A program made the position numbers and the translations under genes. Shown in pieces: positions 48,378-58,831 of a stretch of DNA of 64,000 nucleotides (position 1 is the stretch's first letter; each line of letters begins with the position of its first letter). Below the pieces are notes generated by a model. It did no database searches, was not told the DNA's origin, and saw only the letters and a list, made by a program, of their open reading frames with translations. Source of the stretch: an uncultured bacterium (GTDB taxonomy: Bacteria > Patescibacteriota > Patescibacteriia > UBA9570 > XYC2-FULL-38-9); contig CALKUP010000016.1 in the NCBI GenBank assembly GCA_937996685.1, positions 18,284 through 82,283 on the forward strand, read 5' to 3'.

Positions 48378-49253
48378 ATGATTACCATTCAAGAACATGT
48401 GACACTCGCGCCATACACGACGTTTAAAATCGGCGGACCAGCACGATATTTTGTTGTTGTAAAAAACGCTGAAGAAATGCAAGAAGCCTTGTCATTTGCG
48501 ACAGAGAAACAATTGCCGTGGTTTGTGTTAGGTGGTGGATCTGATTTACTGGTTGCGGATAGTGGCTTTGCTGGACTTGTCATAAAATCGGAGTTGCGTG
48601 ATATTGAGATGAATACAGAAACTGGCGTTGTGACCGTCGGCAGTGGCGTTTTGCTATCAATGCTTATTCCAAAAACCATGCAAGCAGGCTTGGCTGGGCT
48701 TGAATACGCAATCGGTGTTCCAGCAACAGTCGGCGGCGCGATTTGGGCAAACCTTGGTGCACGTGGATCTGACATTGCAGAGTGGTTGCAGAGTGCGACA
48801 GTGGTATCAGAAGATGGTGTTATGCAAACGCTGTCAGCACAAGATTGCGCCTTTGCGTATCGCGACAGTATTTTTAAACATAAAAAATACAGCATTATCG
48901 ACGCGACGTTTCAATTGCGCGTTCAAGATAAGGTGACGACATTTGCCAAAATGAAAGAGCTGGCTGATATGCGCAAAGAAACGCAAGATGTTGGCGCGCA
49001 GTGTGCAGGATGTGTATTTCAAAATCCAAAAGATCAAACAGATGTTCCAGCGGCAAAATTGATTGATGATTTAGGATTGAAGGGAAAAACAATTGGTGGC
49101 GCGACTATTTCAACAATTCATGCAAACTTCATTATTAATACAGGGGACGCAACAGCGGATGATGTGGTGCAACTTATTTCTTATGTGAAGCAACAAGTGC
49201 GCGATCAACTTGGAATACAGTTACACGAAGAAATTGAATACCTCGGGTTTTAA
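48378..49253 (+). CDS. murB: UDP-N-acetylenolpyruvoylglucosamine reductase
   Basis: ...TTFKIGGPARYFVVVKNAEEMQEA...VLGGGSDLLV... Confidence 0.85.
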   Translation: MITIQEHVTLAPYTTFKIGGPARYFVVVKNAEEMQEALSFATEKQLPWFVLGGGSDLLVADSGFAGLVIKSELRDIEMNTETGVVTVGSGVLLSMLIPKTMQAGLAGLEYAIGVPATVGGAIWANLGARGSDIAEWLQSATVVSEDGVMQTLSAQDCAFAYRDSIFKHKKYSIIDATFQLRVQDKVTTFAKMKELADMRKETQDVGAQCAGCVFQNPKDQTDVPAAKLIDDLGLKGKTIGGATISTIHANFIINTGDATADDVVQLISYVKQQVRDQLGIQLHEEIEYLGF

Positions 49254-49312
49254 ATATTTTTCTCTATGAGATGTGGTATACTATCTATATAAAATAGTAA
49301 TGTGTTATTGCG

Positions 49313-50347
49313 ATGTCTCATGCACAAAAAGTGACGCTTTCGGCTGCAGATTGTGATCGCGTGAAAGTTGAATTGGTTTCTGCATTAACTGGTGTTGATT
49401 TGTATCCAGATGCTGCAGTATTGCCGGCGGCAAACCAACTGATTCGAACAAACGTACATCCAGACGTCTATGCAACTGTTGGTCGGCTGCAGCGGTATTT
49501 GCAAGGCGATGCAAAGCGTTTGCGTCTTGTGGCAGAACAACTTGGATATGGCGATGCATTTCCTGCGACGTTGCGATCGATTGTTTCTCCAGTTGTTGAA
49601 GTGTACGAACACAGTCATGAGTATCTGTTTATTGATGGTGATATCACGCGCCATGATGTTGCAGAAACGTATATTGAATGTGTGTCTATTGCGGCGTTAT
49701 ATAATGAAGTGCTGTTGCGGCAATTTGCCGCGGCTGTTTTTTCTGTATTGACTCATGAATACGTCCATTACAATACACGCGCATTTCACTCGCATCATGA
49801 TGCGCATACACGAACGACCGATCATGTACGGCAAGCGCTTGATACACTGCAACGCCATGATGCTCGCATGCGATATGCGCCGACATTGAATGAATCAACA
49901 GGGCAGTTGATTGAACCGATCCACGCGCACGTGCATCACAACAATGCATTGCAGGCACTGCGCATCCCGCTGGCGCTCAGCGTTGAAGATCCGCTTACTG
50001 ACGCGTACACGATTACATATTCAGATCCGCACCCGGTTGATCGTCATGAAATGCGCAGTCGTGTCTCTATCCCACAAAACACGATACATGGTTCTGGCAT
50101 CGGTTTGCATCTCACGTTTCATACCCAGCCGCTGCAGTTTTTTCTGAGTCCGGCAGTATTAGAATCTATTGCAAGCAATGGTTCGGCTGTTGGTGCGGTG
50201 ATTGGGGCTCACGGAGATGTGCGACTGCATCCGGAATATCTTGGAGAGCATGCAACCATTGATCCAATTGCACGAATTCGTGTCAATCACGCCGTTGTTG
50301 AGGTACAAAAATTACACCCTCATACCAATTTGACGCTTTTCGTGTAA
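49313..50347 (+). CDS. hypothetical His-rich protein embedded in the cell-wall/division cluster
   Basis: 344 aa, no family recognised. His-rich stretches (HEYVHYNTRAFHSHHDAHTRTTDH, HAHVHHNN). Confidence 0.5.
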   Translation: MSHAQKVTLSAADCDRVKVELVSALTGVDLYPDAAVLPAANQLIRTNVHPDVYATVGRLQRYLQGDAKRLRLVAEQLGYGDAFPATLRSIVSPVVEVYEHSHEYLFIDGDITRHDVAETYIECVSIAALYNEVLLRQFAAAVFSVLTHEYVHYNTRAFHSHHDAHTRTTDHVRQALDTLQRHDARMRYAPTLNESTGQLIEPIHAHVHHNNALQALRIPLALSVEDPLTDAYTITYSDPHPVDRHEMRSRVSIPQNTIHGSGIGLHLTFHTQPLQFFLSPAVLESIASNGSAVGAVIGAHGDVRLHPEYLGEHATIDPIARIRVNHAVVEVQKLHPHTNLTLFV

Positions 50348-50367
50348 AAACATACAGTGTACGGACT

Positions 50368-53163
50368 ATGACATCATTTCTCGAAACCCTTTTTGGTGAC
50401 TCAAACAAACGAACAACAAAACGATATCAATCTGTTATTAATGAAATCAATGCGCTCGAAGAGTCGATACAGGCATTGTCTGATGCTGAATTGCAAGCAA
50501 AAACAGCCTCGTTTCGTAGTCGATTAGCAGCTGGCGAAACACTTGAAGATGTAAAAGTCGAGGCGTTTGCTGTTGTGCGTGAAGCAGCTCGTCGCACACT
50601 CGGACAGCGGCATTATGACGTTCAATTAATTGGTGGTCTTGTGTTGCATTCTGGCGCTGTATCACAGCAGGGAACTGGTGAAGGAAAAACCTTGACCGCA
50701 ACAACGGCTGCGTATCTCAATACACTTACGGGAAATTCTGTGCATTTGGTCACGACTAATGATTACTTGGCGCGCCGTGATGCAGATTGGATGGGTCAAA
50801 TATACGGATTTTTAGGGCTGACAGTATCTTGTATCCAAGCAAATAATAATGCCTTTTTGTATGACGCTGATATTGAAGCGGTGCGTCGTCACAAAGAAGA
50901 ACGCGAGCAAGCAGCTGATGCGGCCGCAGAAAACAGTACTGAAGGAGCGGGGTACGAAGCGTTGATTGTTGCGGATATGGATCATTTGCGTGTCGTGTCT
51001 CGTCGTGAAGCCTATCAGGCAGATATTATTTTTGGAACGAACAACGAATTTGGTTTTGATTATTTGCGCGATAACATGGTGTTGAAGTCAGAAGATCGTG
51101 TGCAAGGTACACTTGGCTTTGCCATTATCGATGAAGTTGATTCGATTTTAATTGATGAAGCACGAACACCTCTCATTATTTCAGCACCAGCCGCTGACGC
51201 AACACAGCAATATTATGAATTTGCACAGCTCGTTGCTGGATTGACACCAGAAGTAGATTTTACAGTCAATGAAAAAGAACGTGCTGCAACATTGACTGAA
51301 GAAGGTGTGACAAAAGTTGAAAAAATGCTTGGTGTTGAAAATTTGTATGTCCAGGCCGGGATTCGCACAGTGCATCATATTGAACAAGCTTTGAAAGCTC
51401 GAGCGCTGTTTATTAAAGATAAGGAATACGTGATTCAAGATGGTCAAGTGATTATCGTTGACGAATTTACCGGTCGGATGATGCATGGCCGTAGATATTC
51501 TGAAGGACTTCACCAAGCGATTGAAGCGAAAGAAGGTCTTGCAATTCAACAAGAATCACAAACCCTCGCGACAATTACATTACAAAATTATTTCCGTTTA
51601 TATGGCAAATTGTCTGGGATGACCGGAACAGCCATGACGGAAAAGGAAGAATTTTTCAAAATTTACGGGTTAGATGTCGTTGGTGTTCCAACAAATCGTG
51701 AGAATATTCGTATCGATGTTGCGGATCGAGTATATAAAGACTTGAATGCAAAATACACAGCTGTTATTGAGCGCGTCAAAGACTTGCATGAAGCAGGTCG
51801 ACCAGTGTTGTTGGGAACAGCATCAATTGATCAAAATGAATTGCTTGATGAGTTGCTGACAAAAGCTGGCGTTCCGCATGAAACCTTGAATGCAAAAAAT
51901 CATGAACGCGAAGCGGAAATTATTGCGCAGGCCGGAAAACTTGGAGCAGTGACTGTCGCAACGAATATGGCGGGTCGTGGTGTCGATATTTTGCTTGGTG
52001 GGAATCCTGTTGATATTGATGAACAGCGCAAGGTTCGAGAGCTTGGCGGTCTCGCGGTGATTGGGACAGAGCGACATGAGTCACGACGTATTGATAATCA
52101 GTTGCGTGGTCGAGCTGGGCGTCAAGGAGATCCAGGCTCTAGTCAATTTTACGTCAGTATGGACGATAGTTTGATGCGTATTTTTGGCAGTGAACGCATG
52201 CAAGGTTTAATGGAGCGCATGGGTGTTCCGGATGATATGCCGATTGAAAACAAGATGGTTTCTCGATCAATTGAAACAGCACAGAAAAAAGTCGAGTCTC
52301 GGAACTTTGATATTCGTAAACATTTGGTGGAATATGATGATGTGGTGAATAAACAGCGTACAACGATTTATCGTCGTCGGAATGATTTATTAGATGCGAA
52401 GCCAGCAGATGTGATTACAATGGTACGTGAGCTTTTGAGTTCAGAAATGGAGCATGTTGTTTCGGTGCATACGAATCGAGAAGATGTCGACAGTAGTGGT
52501 TGGGACATTGATCAAATGGCGGCAGATGCAGCGAGTGTGATTCAAGTTGATAGCGCGACATTTACTGCAGAGTTGCAAGCGCTCCGTGAGCAATCTGGTG
52601 ATAAGCTTGGTGATGCAAAATTACGAACAGCGTTTATTGAATATCTTGAAACAGCAGTGCATAGCGCACTTGATTCAGCGGCTGGTGTTGTTGATCCGTC
52701 AGTGCTTGGAGACGCGCTCAAACAAATGTATGTTCGTGTCATTGATGTGTTGTGGATTCAGCATTTAGATGAAATTGAATTTTTGCGTGATTCCATTAAT
52801 TTGCGCGGCTATGGTCAACGTGATCCATTGGTTGAATATAAACGAGAATCATTCGAGTTATTTCAAAATTTATTGGCGAGCATTCAACGACAAGTTGTCA
52901 GTCAATGTTTCCCAGTAGCAGCACAAGCGCAGCATTTTGTTGATGCACATATGCATGAAGAAACCGAGTTGCCAGAAAATGCGCAATATTCTGCGCCAGA
53001 CAAAGAAATGCAATCAAGTGGTGAGCGTGAAGCAGAAGCGCCAAAAGGGAAAACAGTCGTATCACACGAACCAACAAATGATGATGGTGATAAAATTGGT
53101 CGCAACGATCCGTGTTTTTGTGGGTCAGGCAAGAAATATAAAAAGTGCCACGGCGCAGCGTAA
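50368..53163 (+). CDS. secA: preprotein translocase ATPase SecA
   Basis: ...GEGKTLTATTAAYLN... DEAD-like motor. C-terminal Zn finger CFCGSGKKYKKCHG. Confidence 0.9.
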   Translation: MTSFLETLFGDSNKRTTKRYQSVINEINALEESIQALSDAELQAKTASFRSRLAAGETLEDVKVEAFAVVREAARRTLGQRHYDVQLIGGLVLHSGAVSQQGTGEGKTLTATTAAYLNTLTGNSVHLVTTNDYLARRDADWMGQIYGFLGLTVSCIQANNNAFLYDADIEAVRRHKEEREQAADAAAENSTEGAGYEALIVADMDHLRVVSRREAYQADIIFGTNNEFGFDYLRDNMVLKSEDRVQGTLGFAIIDEVDSILIDEARTPLIISAPAADATQQYYEFAQLVAGLTPEVDFTVNEKERAATLTEEGVTKVEKMLGVENLYVQAGIRTVHHIEQALKARALFIKDKEYVIQDGQVIIVDEFTGRMMHGRRYSEGLHQAIEAKEGLAIQQESQTLATITLQNYFRLYGKLSGMTGTAMTEKEEFFKIYGLDVVGVPTNRENIRIDVADRVYKDLNAKYTAVIERVKDLHEAGRPVLLGTASIDQNELLDELLTKAGVPHETLNAKNHEREAEIIAQAGKLGAVTVATNMAGRGVDILLGGNPVDIDEQRKVRELGGLAVIGTERHESRRIDNQLRGRAGRQGDPGSSQFYVSMDDSLMRIFGSERMQGLMERMGVPDDMPIENKMVSRSIETAQKKVESRNFDIRKHLVEYDDVVNKQRTTIYRRRNDLLDAKPADVITMVRELLSSEMEHVVSVHTNREDVDSSGWDIDQMAADAASVIQVDSATFTAELQALREQSGDKLGDAKLRTAFIEYLETAVHSALDSAAGVVDPSVLGDALKQMYVRVIDVLWIQHLDEIEFLRDSINLRGYGQRDPLVEYKRESFELFQNLLASIQRQVVSQCFPVAAQAQHFVDAHMHEETELPENAQYSAPDKEMQSSGEREAEAPKGKTVVSHEPTNDDGDKIGRNDPCFCGSGKKYKKCHGAA

Positions 53164-53178
53164 TACTTAACGAAGAAA

Positions 53179-53216
53179 GCAGCGGTGTAAGTTGTCCACA
53201 GCCGCTGTTTTTTTGT
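53179..53216 (+). terminator. intrinsic terminator after secA
   Basis: AGCAGCGGTGTaagttgtccACAGCCGCTGttttttt. Confidence 0.6.
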
Positions 53217-53290
53217 ATGTACAAAAAATATAGATCCTGTATACCTGTCTTGCAAACAACACTGGCACAATATGTGCCAAGGAGGAAGTC

Positions 53291-53407
53291 GTGTTTCGTA
53301 TGATCCTTGCCGATATTGAGATTTTCTTTGAGAGGGGCCATGGTCCCTACGTCTTGATAGGAATCATCGCCATCATCTTGGGAGCTGTACCAGCCTTGTA
53401 CAGCTGA
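53291..53407 (+). CDS. putative 38-aa hydrophobic small protein (GTG start)
   Basis: AAGGAGG SD 5 nt before the GTG. VFRMILADIEIFFERGHGPYVLIGIIAIILGAVPALYS*. Followed by a G/C-rich hairpin + T-tract (cccccggacgagtaattgtgtcgggggtttcttttttt). Confidence 0.4.
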   Translation: MFRMILADIEIFFERGHGPYVLIGIIAIILGAVPALYS

Positions 53408-53473
53408 CACCCCCCCGTCGGCACCGCGCCGACCGCACCCCCGGACGAGTAATTGTGTCGGGGGTTTCTTTTT

Positions 53474-54415
53474 TTATACTAATGAAATACGGCCTTTTTT
53501 TATAATAACAAAACCGTCTTTTTCGAGTGTCGTAATCACATTACGGAGCCAAGGTAGGCGAGTGGAATCAAAATCTTCTTGAATAGCTTTTCCGACTTGG
53601 TTCAGTGTCGCGCCATTCGGCTGGGTATGCAAAAATTTCAAAATCTTGCCACGCCAAATCCGACGTGGCTGTCCAAAGTACTGTGTTTCAACGGCTGCTT
53701 TTTTATAACGCAGCGCTTCTTTTGGGGCTGTTTGAATATCTGGAAATGATGTGCAAATTTTTTGCATCGGGCAGGTTCCGCATTTCGGTTTACTGGCGGT
53801 GCACATCAGCGCGCCAAATTCCATAATCGCTTGATTAAAAATCCAGATCCGATCTTTGCGCGGCAATAACGCTGTCATTAAATCCCAGAATTCTTTTTGG
53901 GTCGTGTCCGGCAATTCGCGAAACCCTAAAAAAATGCGACCAATCACGCGCTCAACATTTGTGTCGACCAGCGGCGTTTTCAGTTCAAACGCAAAACTCG
54001 CAATCGCGCCCGCAGTGTATGGCCCGATTCCTGGAAGTTGTTGCAAGCCTTCAATTGTGTGTGGAAATTCACCGCCAAGTTCATTCGTCACGACCTGGCA
54101 GGCTTTTTGCAGATACAGCGCGCGACGGTTATATCCCAAGCCTTGCCAGAGTGCAACAACGTCGGCTTGTTTTGCTGTCGCCAAATCAGCAGCTGTCGGA
54201 AAGCGTTTCAAAAATGCATGATATTTTGGAATGACTCGATCAACTTGCGTTTGCTGCAGCATCATTTCTGAAACGAGAATCGCGTATGGATCACGCGTTT
54301 GTCGCCACGGCAAATCACGCGAGGCTGATTGAAACCAGCGAATAAGTTGCCGTTGAAATAATTGACGATCAGTGTGAGAGGGTGACTTCATAAGTATTGA
54401 GAATAATGCTATCAT
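53474..54415 (-). CDS. mutY: A/G-specific adenine DNA glycosylase, MutY family (HhH-GPD + 4Fe-4S loop)
   Basis: ...LPWRQTRDPYAILVSEMMLQQTQV...LWQGLGYNRRA...LPGIGPYTAGAI...CTASKPKCGTCPMQKIC. The C-terminal domain is short/atypical. Confidence 0.7.
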   Translation of the reverse strand: MIALFSILMKSPSHTDRQLFQRQLIRWFQSASRDLPWRQTRDPYAILVSEMMLQQTQVDRVIPKYHAFLKRFPTAADLATAKQADVVALWQGLGYNRRALYLQKACQVVTNELGGEFPHTIEGLQQLPGIGPYTAGAIASFAFELKTPLVDTNVERVIGRIFLGFRELPDTTQKEFWDLMTALLPRKDRIWIFNQAIMEFGALMCTASKPKCGTCPMQKICTSFPDIQTAPKEALRYKKAAVETQYFGQPRRIWRGKILKFLHTQPNGATLNQVGKAIQEDFDSTRLPWLRNVITTLEKDGFVIIKKGRISLV

Positions 54416-54445
54416 ACAGATAATAGAATAAATAACAAATGCCCT

Positions 54446-55411
54446 ATGTCATCAATTCCAATGCAACATAAAAAACGCTGGTACAAACGACCAAGCGTCA
54501 TCATGCTGATCCTTTTACTTGTCGTCGTTCTTGGTGGCGGAGGATTGTACGCTTCTGGTGCGTTCAAGCCGTCTCTCGCACAATACGACTATCTCAAAGA
54601 AACAGTGAAGGTTGAAAAACGAACCGTGAGTAAAACCATCACAACCAGCGGCACAATTGTTCCAGATTATTCTGAAAAAATCCTCGCAACCGGAACAGTG
54701 GAAGATCTTCCAGTGAGTGTTGGTGACGATGTGAACACAGATGACACATTGCTCGAAACAAACGCACAGACAGTGAAGGCACCGTTTGATGGTCGTGTGA
54801 CTGCGATTAATACAGCAGAAGGTGCAACAGTCTCAGCGGTTGCTCCAGCGATGGAATTTTCTTATCGTGCGAATCACATTGAATTTTTCGCTTCAGAAAA
54901 CGAAGTGATTGATTTGAAAAAAGATCAAAAAGTCACATTCACAATCCCTTCATATAATAACGGGAAAGATGAATTTGAAGGCGCGGTATCATTTGTTGAT
55001 ATCAAAAAACAAGAAGCCGCAGCAGCAAGTGTTGGTGGTTCAGCGGAAACAGGATATTTGGTGAAGGTTTCAATGAATGAGCTGCCGGAAGCGTTGCGCA
55101 AAGTTGTTGGATTGACAGTTGATATGACAATTAAAGTTGGAAGTGTTGATAACGTTGCGGCAGTGGAAGCTGGTGCGATTCAATACACAGAAGACAATAA
55201 AGCGTTTGTCTATCTTGCGCCAACAATTGATGATGCATTTGCAGCGTCAGCGAAAGCCGCGTCAGACATCACAACTCTGTTGAAAAAACAAACAGTGACT
55301 GTTGGTTTCCGTGGAGATAGCTATGTCGAAATTACTGATGGATTAGATATCGGTGACAGTGCGTTGTTGTATGTCCCGCAAGTAAAAAGCAGTTCACCAT
55401 TTGGCAACTAG
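54446..55411 (+). CDS. efflux periplasmic adaptor (HlyD/MacA-like membrane fusion protein)
   Basis: N-terminal TM, beta-rich lipoyl-like segments. Immediately upstream of the MacB-type ATPase + FtsX permease. Confidence 0.55.
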   Translation: MSSIPMQHKKRWYKRPSVIMLILLLVVVLGGGGLYASGAFKPSLAQYDYLKETVKVEKRTVSKTITTSGTIVPDYSEKILATGTVEDLPVSVGDDVNTDDTLLETNAQTVKAPFDGRVTAINTAEGATVSAVAPAMEFSYRANHIEFFASENEVIDLKKDQKVTFTIPSYNNGKDEFEGAVSFVDIKKQEAAAASVGGSAETGYLVKVSMNELPEALRKVVGLTVDMTIKVGSVDNVAAVEAGAIQYTEDNKAFVYLAPTIDDAFAASAKAASDITTLLKKQTVTVGFRGDSYVEITDGLDIGDSALLYVPQVKSSSPFGN

Positions 55412-55417
55412 ACGACC

Positions 55418-56143
55418 ATGGCAAAAAAAATAATGCATCGCGGAAAAGCGCACAAAGAGCGCGTTTCTGAAGCCTCAGTGCCAATTATTGAGGTGCGAAA
55501 TTTAAAAAAAACCTATTGGAACGGCAATGTAGAAATCCCGGCTGTTCGGAGTGTTGATTTAACAGTGGAAAAAGGAGACTTTCTTGCAATCATGGGTCAT
55601 TCCGGTTCTGGAAAATCCACGCTCATGAATCTTCTTGCGTTTTTAGATGTGCCAACGTCTGGGACGTATAAATTCGGCGGCGAGAGTATTGAAAATTTTG
55701 ATGACGATTATTTAGCTGATTTGCGAAATGCAACGATTGGATTTGTCTTCCAACAATTTCATTTATTGCCTCGCACCTCTGCACTCGACAACGTTCGTTT
55801 ACCATTGCAATACGCCGGCGTGTCAAAGCAAGAGCAAATTGAGCGCGCAGTCGAAGCGTTGAAGGTTGTAGGTCTCGCTGACCGAATGGATCACAAGCCG
55901 AATGAATTGTCTGGTGGGCAACAACAACGCGTGTCTATTGCGCGCGCGTTGGTGAACAATCCGATGCTGATTTTTTGTGATGAACCAACGGGCAATTTAG
56001 ATTCAACAACGTCGCATGAAATCATGGAGATGCTGACAGCGCTGCATGATGAAGGCAAGACGATTATTATGGTGACGCATGAAGATGATGTTGCGGCATA
56101 CGCGCAAAAAATAATTCGCATGAAAGACGGGGTAATGGTATGA
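55418..56143 (+). CDS. ABC transporter ATP-binding protein (MacB/LolD-type)
   Basis: GHSGSGKSTLMN (Walker A), LSGGQQQRVSIARAL (signature), IFCDEPTGNLD (Walker B). Confidence 0.9.
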   Translation: MAKKIMHRGKAHKERVSEASVPIIEVRNLKKTYWNGNVEIPAVRSVDLTVEKGDFLAIMGHSGSGKSTLMNLLAFLDVPTSGTYKFGGESIENFDDDYLADLRNATIGFVFQQFHLLPRTSALDNVRLPLQYAGVSKQEQIERAVEALKVVGLADRMDHKPNELSGGQQQRVSIARALVNNPMLIFCDEPTGNLDSTTSHEIMEMLTALHDEGKTIIMVTHEDDVAAYAQKIIRMKDGVMV

Positions 56144-57390
56144 CAATGATTTTCGTATACATTCAAACAGCGCTCAAGCAGTTGCTGAAAAATAAAGGTC
56201 GCTCAGTGTTGACCATGCTTGGAATTATTATCGGTATTGGTTCCGTCATTTTTATTTTGACAATCGGACAAGCTGCGAAAGGATTTTTGCTCGGACAAAT
56301 TACAAAATTTGGTACAAATGTGATTGAAGTAGCGCCGGCTGGAAGTTTCGGACCATTTGGTGGTTCTGATGAAGCGCAGCTCACTGAAGCGGATGTGAAA
56401 GCGGTTCAAGAATCTTCGCTGCTTCCAGAAATTACAGGTATCTCAGCTGGTGATTCAAGTGTGAGTCGGACATTGGCGTATCAAGATCAAACTGTTCAAG
56501 TATCCATTTTTGCAGATCGTCCAGAAGTCTTCTCGGTCAACAATTATAAAAATAAAGGCGGTCGATTTTTTAATAACTCAGACATGCAAAACAATGCGCG
56601 TGTTATCGTTATTGGAGAGGGGCTCGCAAAAGATTTGTTTGATACAACAGACAATGCGATTGGCAAAGAAGTAAAATTGGGAGATTCATTATTCACAGTG
56701 ATTGGTATTTCTGAAGATTCCAGTCTTGGGCCGAATAGTTTTGGGTCTGAATTGGTCTATGCACCACTGTCGACAATCCGACAATTATTTATCGATCAAG
56801 ACAAGCAAAAAGATGTGACGTTCATGTTAGTGCAATTTGAACAAGGCACAAACGTTGATTCATTCAAAAACCGCTTGAGTTATGTGATCACAGAAAATCA
56901 TGCCTATTTCAAAGAAAACCCAGATCAATTAACAGTTGTGTCGCGTGAGCAGGCGCTCAGTATTTTCACAGCCATTCTTGTTGGTATTCAAGCGTTTATT
57001 TCCGCAGTTGCTGCGATTTCTTTGATGGTGGGCGGTATTGGGATTATGAATATCATGCTCGTGACAGTGAAAGAGCGCACCAAAGAAATTGGATTGCGGA
57101 AAGCCATTGGCGCGAAAAATGCGTCAATCCTCATTCAGTTTTTAGTGGAAAGTGTTGTGCTGACAACAATCGGTGGATTGATTGGTGTAGCACTTGGGTT
57201 GTCATTGTCTGGTCTTGCGGTGCTTACGGCAAATATTTTGCAGCCAGATTGGGGAGTGCAGTTTGTCGTTGTGCCAAGTGCAATTCTACTAGCGTGTGGG
57301 ACAGCAGCGATTGTTGGCTTGATTTTCGGAATTTACCCAGCGTATAAAGCGAGTAGACTCCATCCAATTGAAGCACTTCGATATGAGTAA
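56140..57390 (+). CDS. ABC transporter permease, FtsX/MacB-type
   Basis: N-terminal TM, large periplasmic domain, C-terminal 3-TM FtsX domain (…IGLRKAIGAKN…). ATGA overlap with the ATPase. Confidence 0.8.
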   Translation: MTMIFVYIQTALKQLLKNKGRSVLTMLGIIIGIGSVIFILTIGQAAKGFLLGQITKFGTNVIEVAPAGSFGPFGGSDEAQLTEADVKAVQESSLLPEITGISAGDSSVSRTLAYQDQTVQVSIFADRPEVFSVNNYKNKGGRFFNNSDMQNNARVIVIGEGLAKDLFDTTDNAIGKEVKLGDSLFTVIGISEDSSLGPNSFGSELVYAPLSTIRQLFIDQDKQKDVTFMLVQFEQGTNVDSFKNRLSYVITENHAYFKENPDQLTVVSREQALSIFTAILVGIQAFISAVAAISLMVGGIGIMNIMLVTVKERTKEIGLRKAIGAKNASILIQFLVESVVLTTIGGLIGVALGLSLSGLAVLTANILQPDWGVQFVVVPSAILLACGTAAIVGLIFGIYPAYKASRLHPIEALRYE

Positions 57391-57463
57391 AACAATCTTG
57401 AGCCGCTTGCGAGAAAGCATCTCACAAAAACCCGACGCTCGCAAAGCTCGCTTACGGGAAGCT

Positions 57464-58372
57464 ATGAGCTTCTTATTGTTTTTGAGTAGATGCATTTCTC
57501 GCCGCGGCATCAGTGTATTTTTCGCTCTCCTGTTACTTATCGTTCCGATCGTCACGCAGGCAGCGACAGTTGCGAAGCCGATAAAGAAGGATTCATATGC
57601 AGCGTTTACTCAAGCGCTCTATTCACCGTCTGCAGCAGTGCAAGATGTCAAAAGTGGTGCATTTTTATATCAAAAAGATGCAAATACACAACGACCAATC
57701 GCATCAATTTCAAAGGTGATGACAGCGACAGTCTTTTTGGAGACAAAACCAAAGCTCTATAACCAAATATTTTACACAAATAGCAGCGACCGGATTGGTG
57801 CGACAGTGCCGTTGCGTTCTGGTGAGCTTATTACATTAAAGCAGGTGCTGATGGGAACGCTGATTCCGTCTGCGAATAACATGGCAGTGACGTTATCAAA
57901 ATCAACTCGGTTGTCTGAAAAGCAGTTTATTGCGCAAATGAATACACGCGCAAAAGAGCTTGGTTTGAAAAAAACCCAGTTCGTTGAACCGACGGGTTTG
58001 AGTGCGCAAAATATGTCGACGGCAAATGAGATTTCAAAACTCGGACGATATGCGTTTCAAGCGCACCGCAAATATTTTCGAGAAGCTGAAATGCATCGTG
58101 TTTATTCATACAAAACAAAAAATTCCGGTCGGGTGATGAATTTATATTCGACAAACAAATTTAATGGCCACGGGACGCTTGAGCTCATTGCATTTAAGAC
58201 CGGTTATTTGCCAGGAACCGCGAATCGTACATTGGTTGCGCAAATTCAGCAAAAATCAACAAAGAAACAAGTAATCGTGACATTGCTTGGAAATCCTCAG
58301 TACGGAACAATATTTGATGAAGCAGAGCGTCTTGCGAATTGGTCGTTTGCGAATTACAATTTTCCAAAATAA
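57464..58372 (+). CDS. D-alanyl-D-alanine carboxypeptidase (S11 serine peptidase)
   Basis: Signal peptide MSFLLFLSRC...VTQA (in-frame ATG; the track start at 57368 adds a hydrophilic leader). SxxK (ASISKVMT), SxN (PSANN), KTG (FKTG) motifs. Confidence 0.75.
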   Translation: MSFLLFLSRCISRRGISVFFALLLLIVPIVTQAATVAKPIKKDSYAAFTQALYSPSAAVQDVKSGAFLYQKDANTQRPIASISKVMTATVFLETKPKLYNQIFYTNSSDRIGATVPLRSGELITLKQVLMGTLIPSANNMAVTLSKSTRLSEKQFIAQMNTRAKELGLKKTQFVEPTGLSAQNMSTANEISKLGRYAFQAHRKYFREAEMHRVYSYKTKNSGRVMNLYSTNKFNGHGTLELIAFKTGYLPGTANRTLVAQIQQKSTKKQVIVTLLGNPQYGTIFDEAERLANWSFANYNFPK

Positions 58373-58824
58373 TGAAACAAGTCGTCGTTCTACTGCCAAA
58401 TATCCATTCAACCCATAATGTCGGGTCATTTTTTCGGACAGCCGATGGAGCAGGTGTGTCGAAAATTGTCTTGTCGGGTTTTACTGCGCGGCCAGACCAA
58501 AATGATAAAATCGGGAAAGTAGCCCTTGGAGCAGAAGAAGTTGTCCCGTGGGAATACATGGAGGATCCGCTGGATGCGATTGCGCACTATCGCTCTGAAG
58601 GTTTTCAGATTGTAGCAGTAGAGCAAACAGCAAACAGTGTTGATTATCGAGAAGCCGACTATGCCGAAAAAGTGTTGCTCATTTTTGGGAACGAGCGAAC
58701 TGGTGTACCAAAAGAAGAGTCCGAGGTAGCGGACCTGGCGGTGCATATTCCAATGCACGGTCAAAAAGAATCGCTCAATGTCAGTATTGCTGGTGGCGTG
58801 ATGTTGTATCACGTGTGCAATTAG
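58372..58824 (+). CDS. TrmH/SpoU-family RNA 2'-O-methyltransferase
   Basis: ATG at 58372 (MKQVVVLLPNIHSTHNVGSFFRTADGAGV...). ...LIFGNERTGV...ESLNVSIAGGVMLY. Confidence 0.75.
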   Translation: MKQVVVLLPNIHSTHNVGSFFRTADGAGVSKIVLSGFTARPDQNDKIGKVALGAEEVVPWEYMEDPLDAIAHYRSEGFQIVAVEQTANSVDYREADYAEKVLLIFGNERTGVPKEESEVADLAVHIPMHGQKESLNVSIAGGVMLYHVCN

Positions 58825-58831
58825 GTATTTT

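Noticed and set aside
52898-53410. 170-aa minus-strand ORF spanning the secA 3-prime end and the intergenic region
   Set aside because: Overlaps the SecA C-terminal zinc-finger coding region, the secA terminator and the SD-led small ORF on the + strand.
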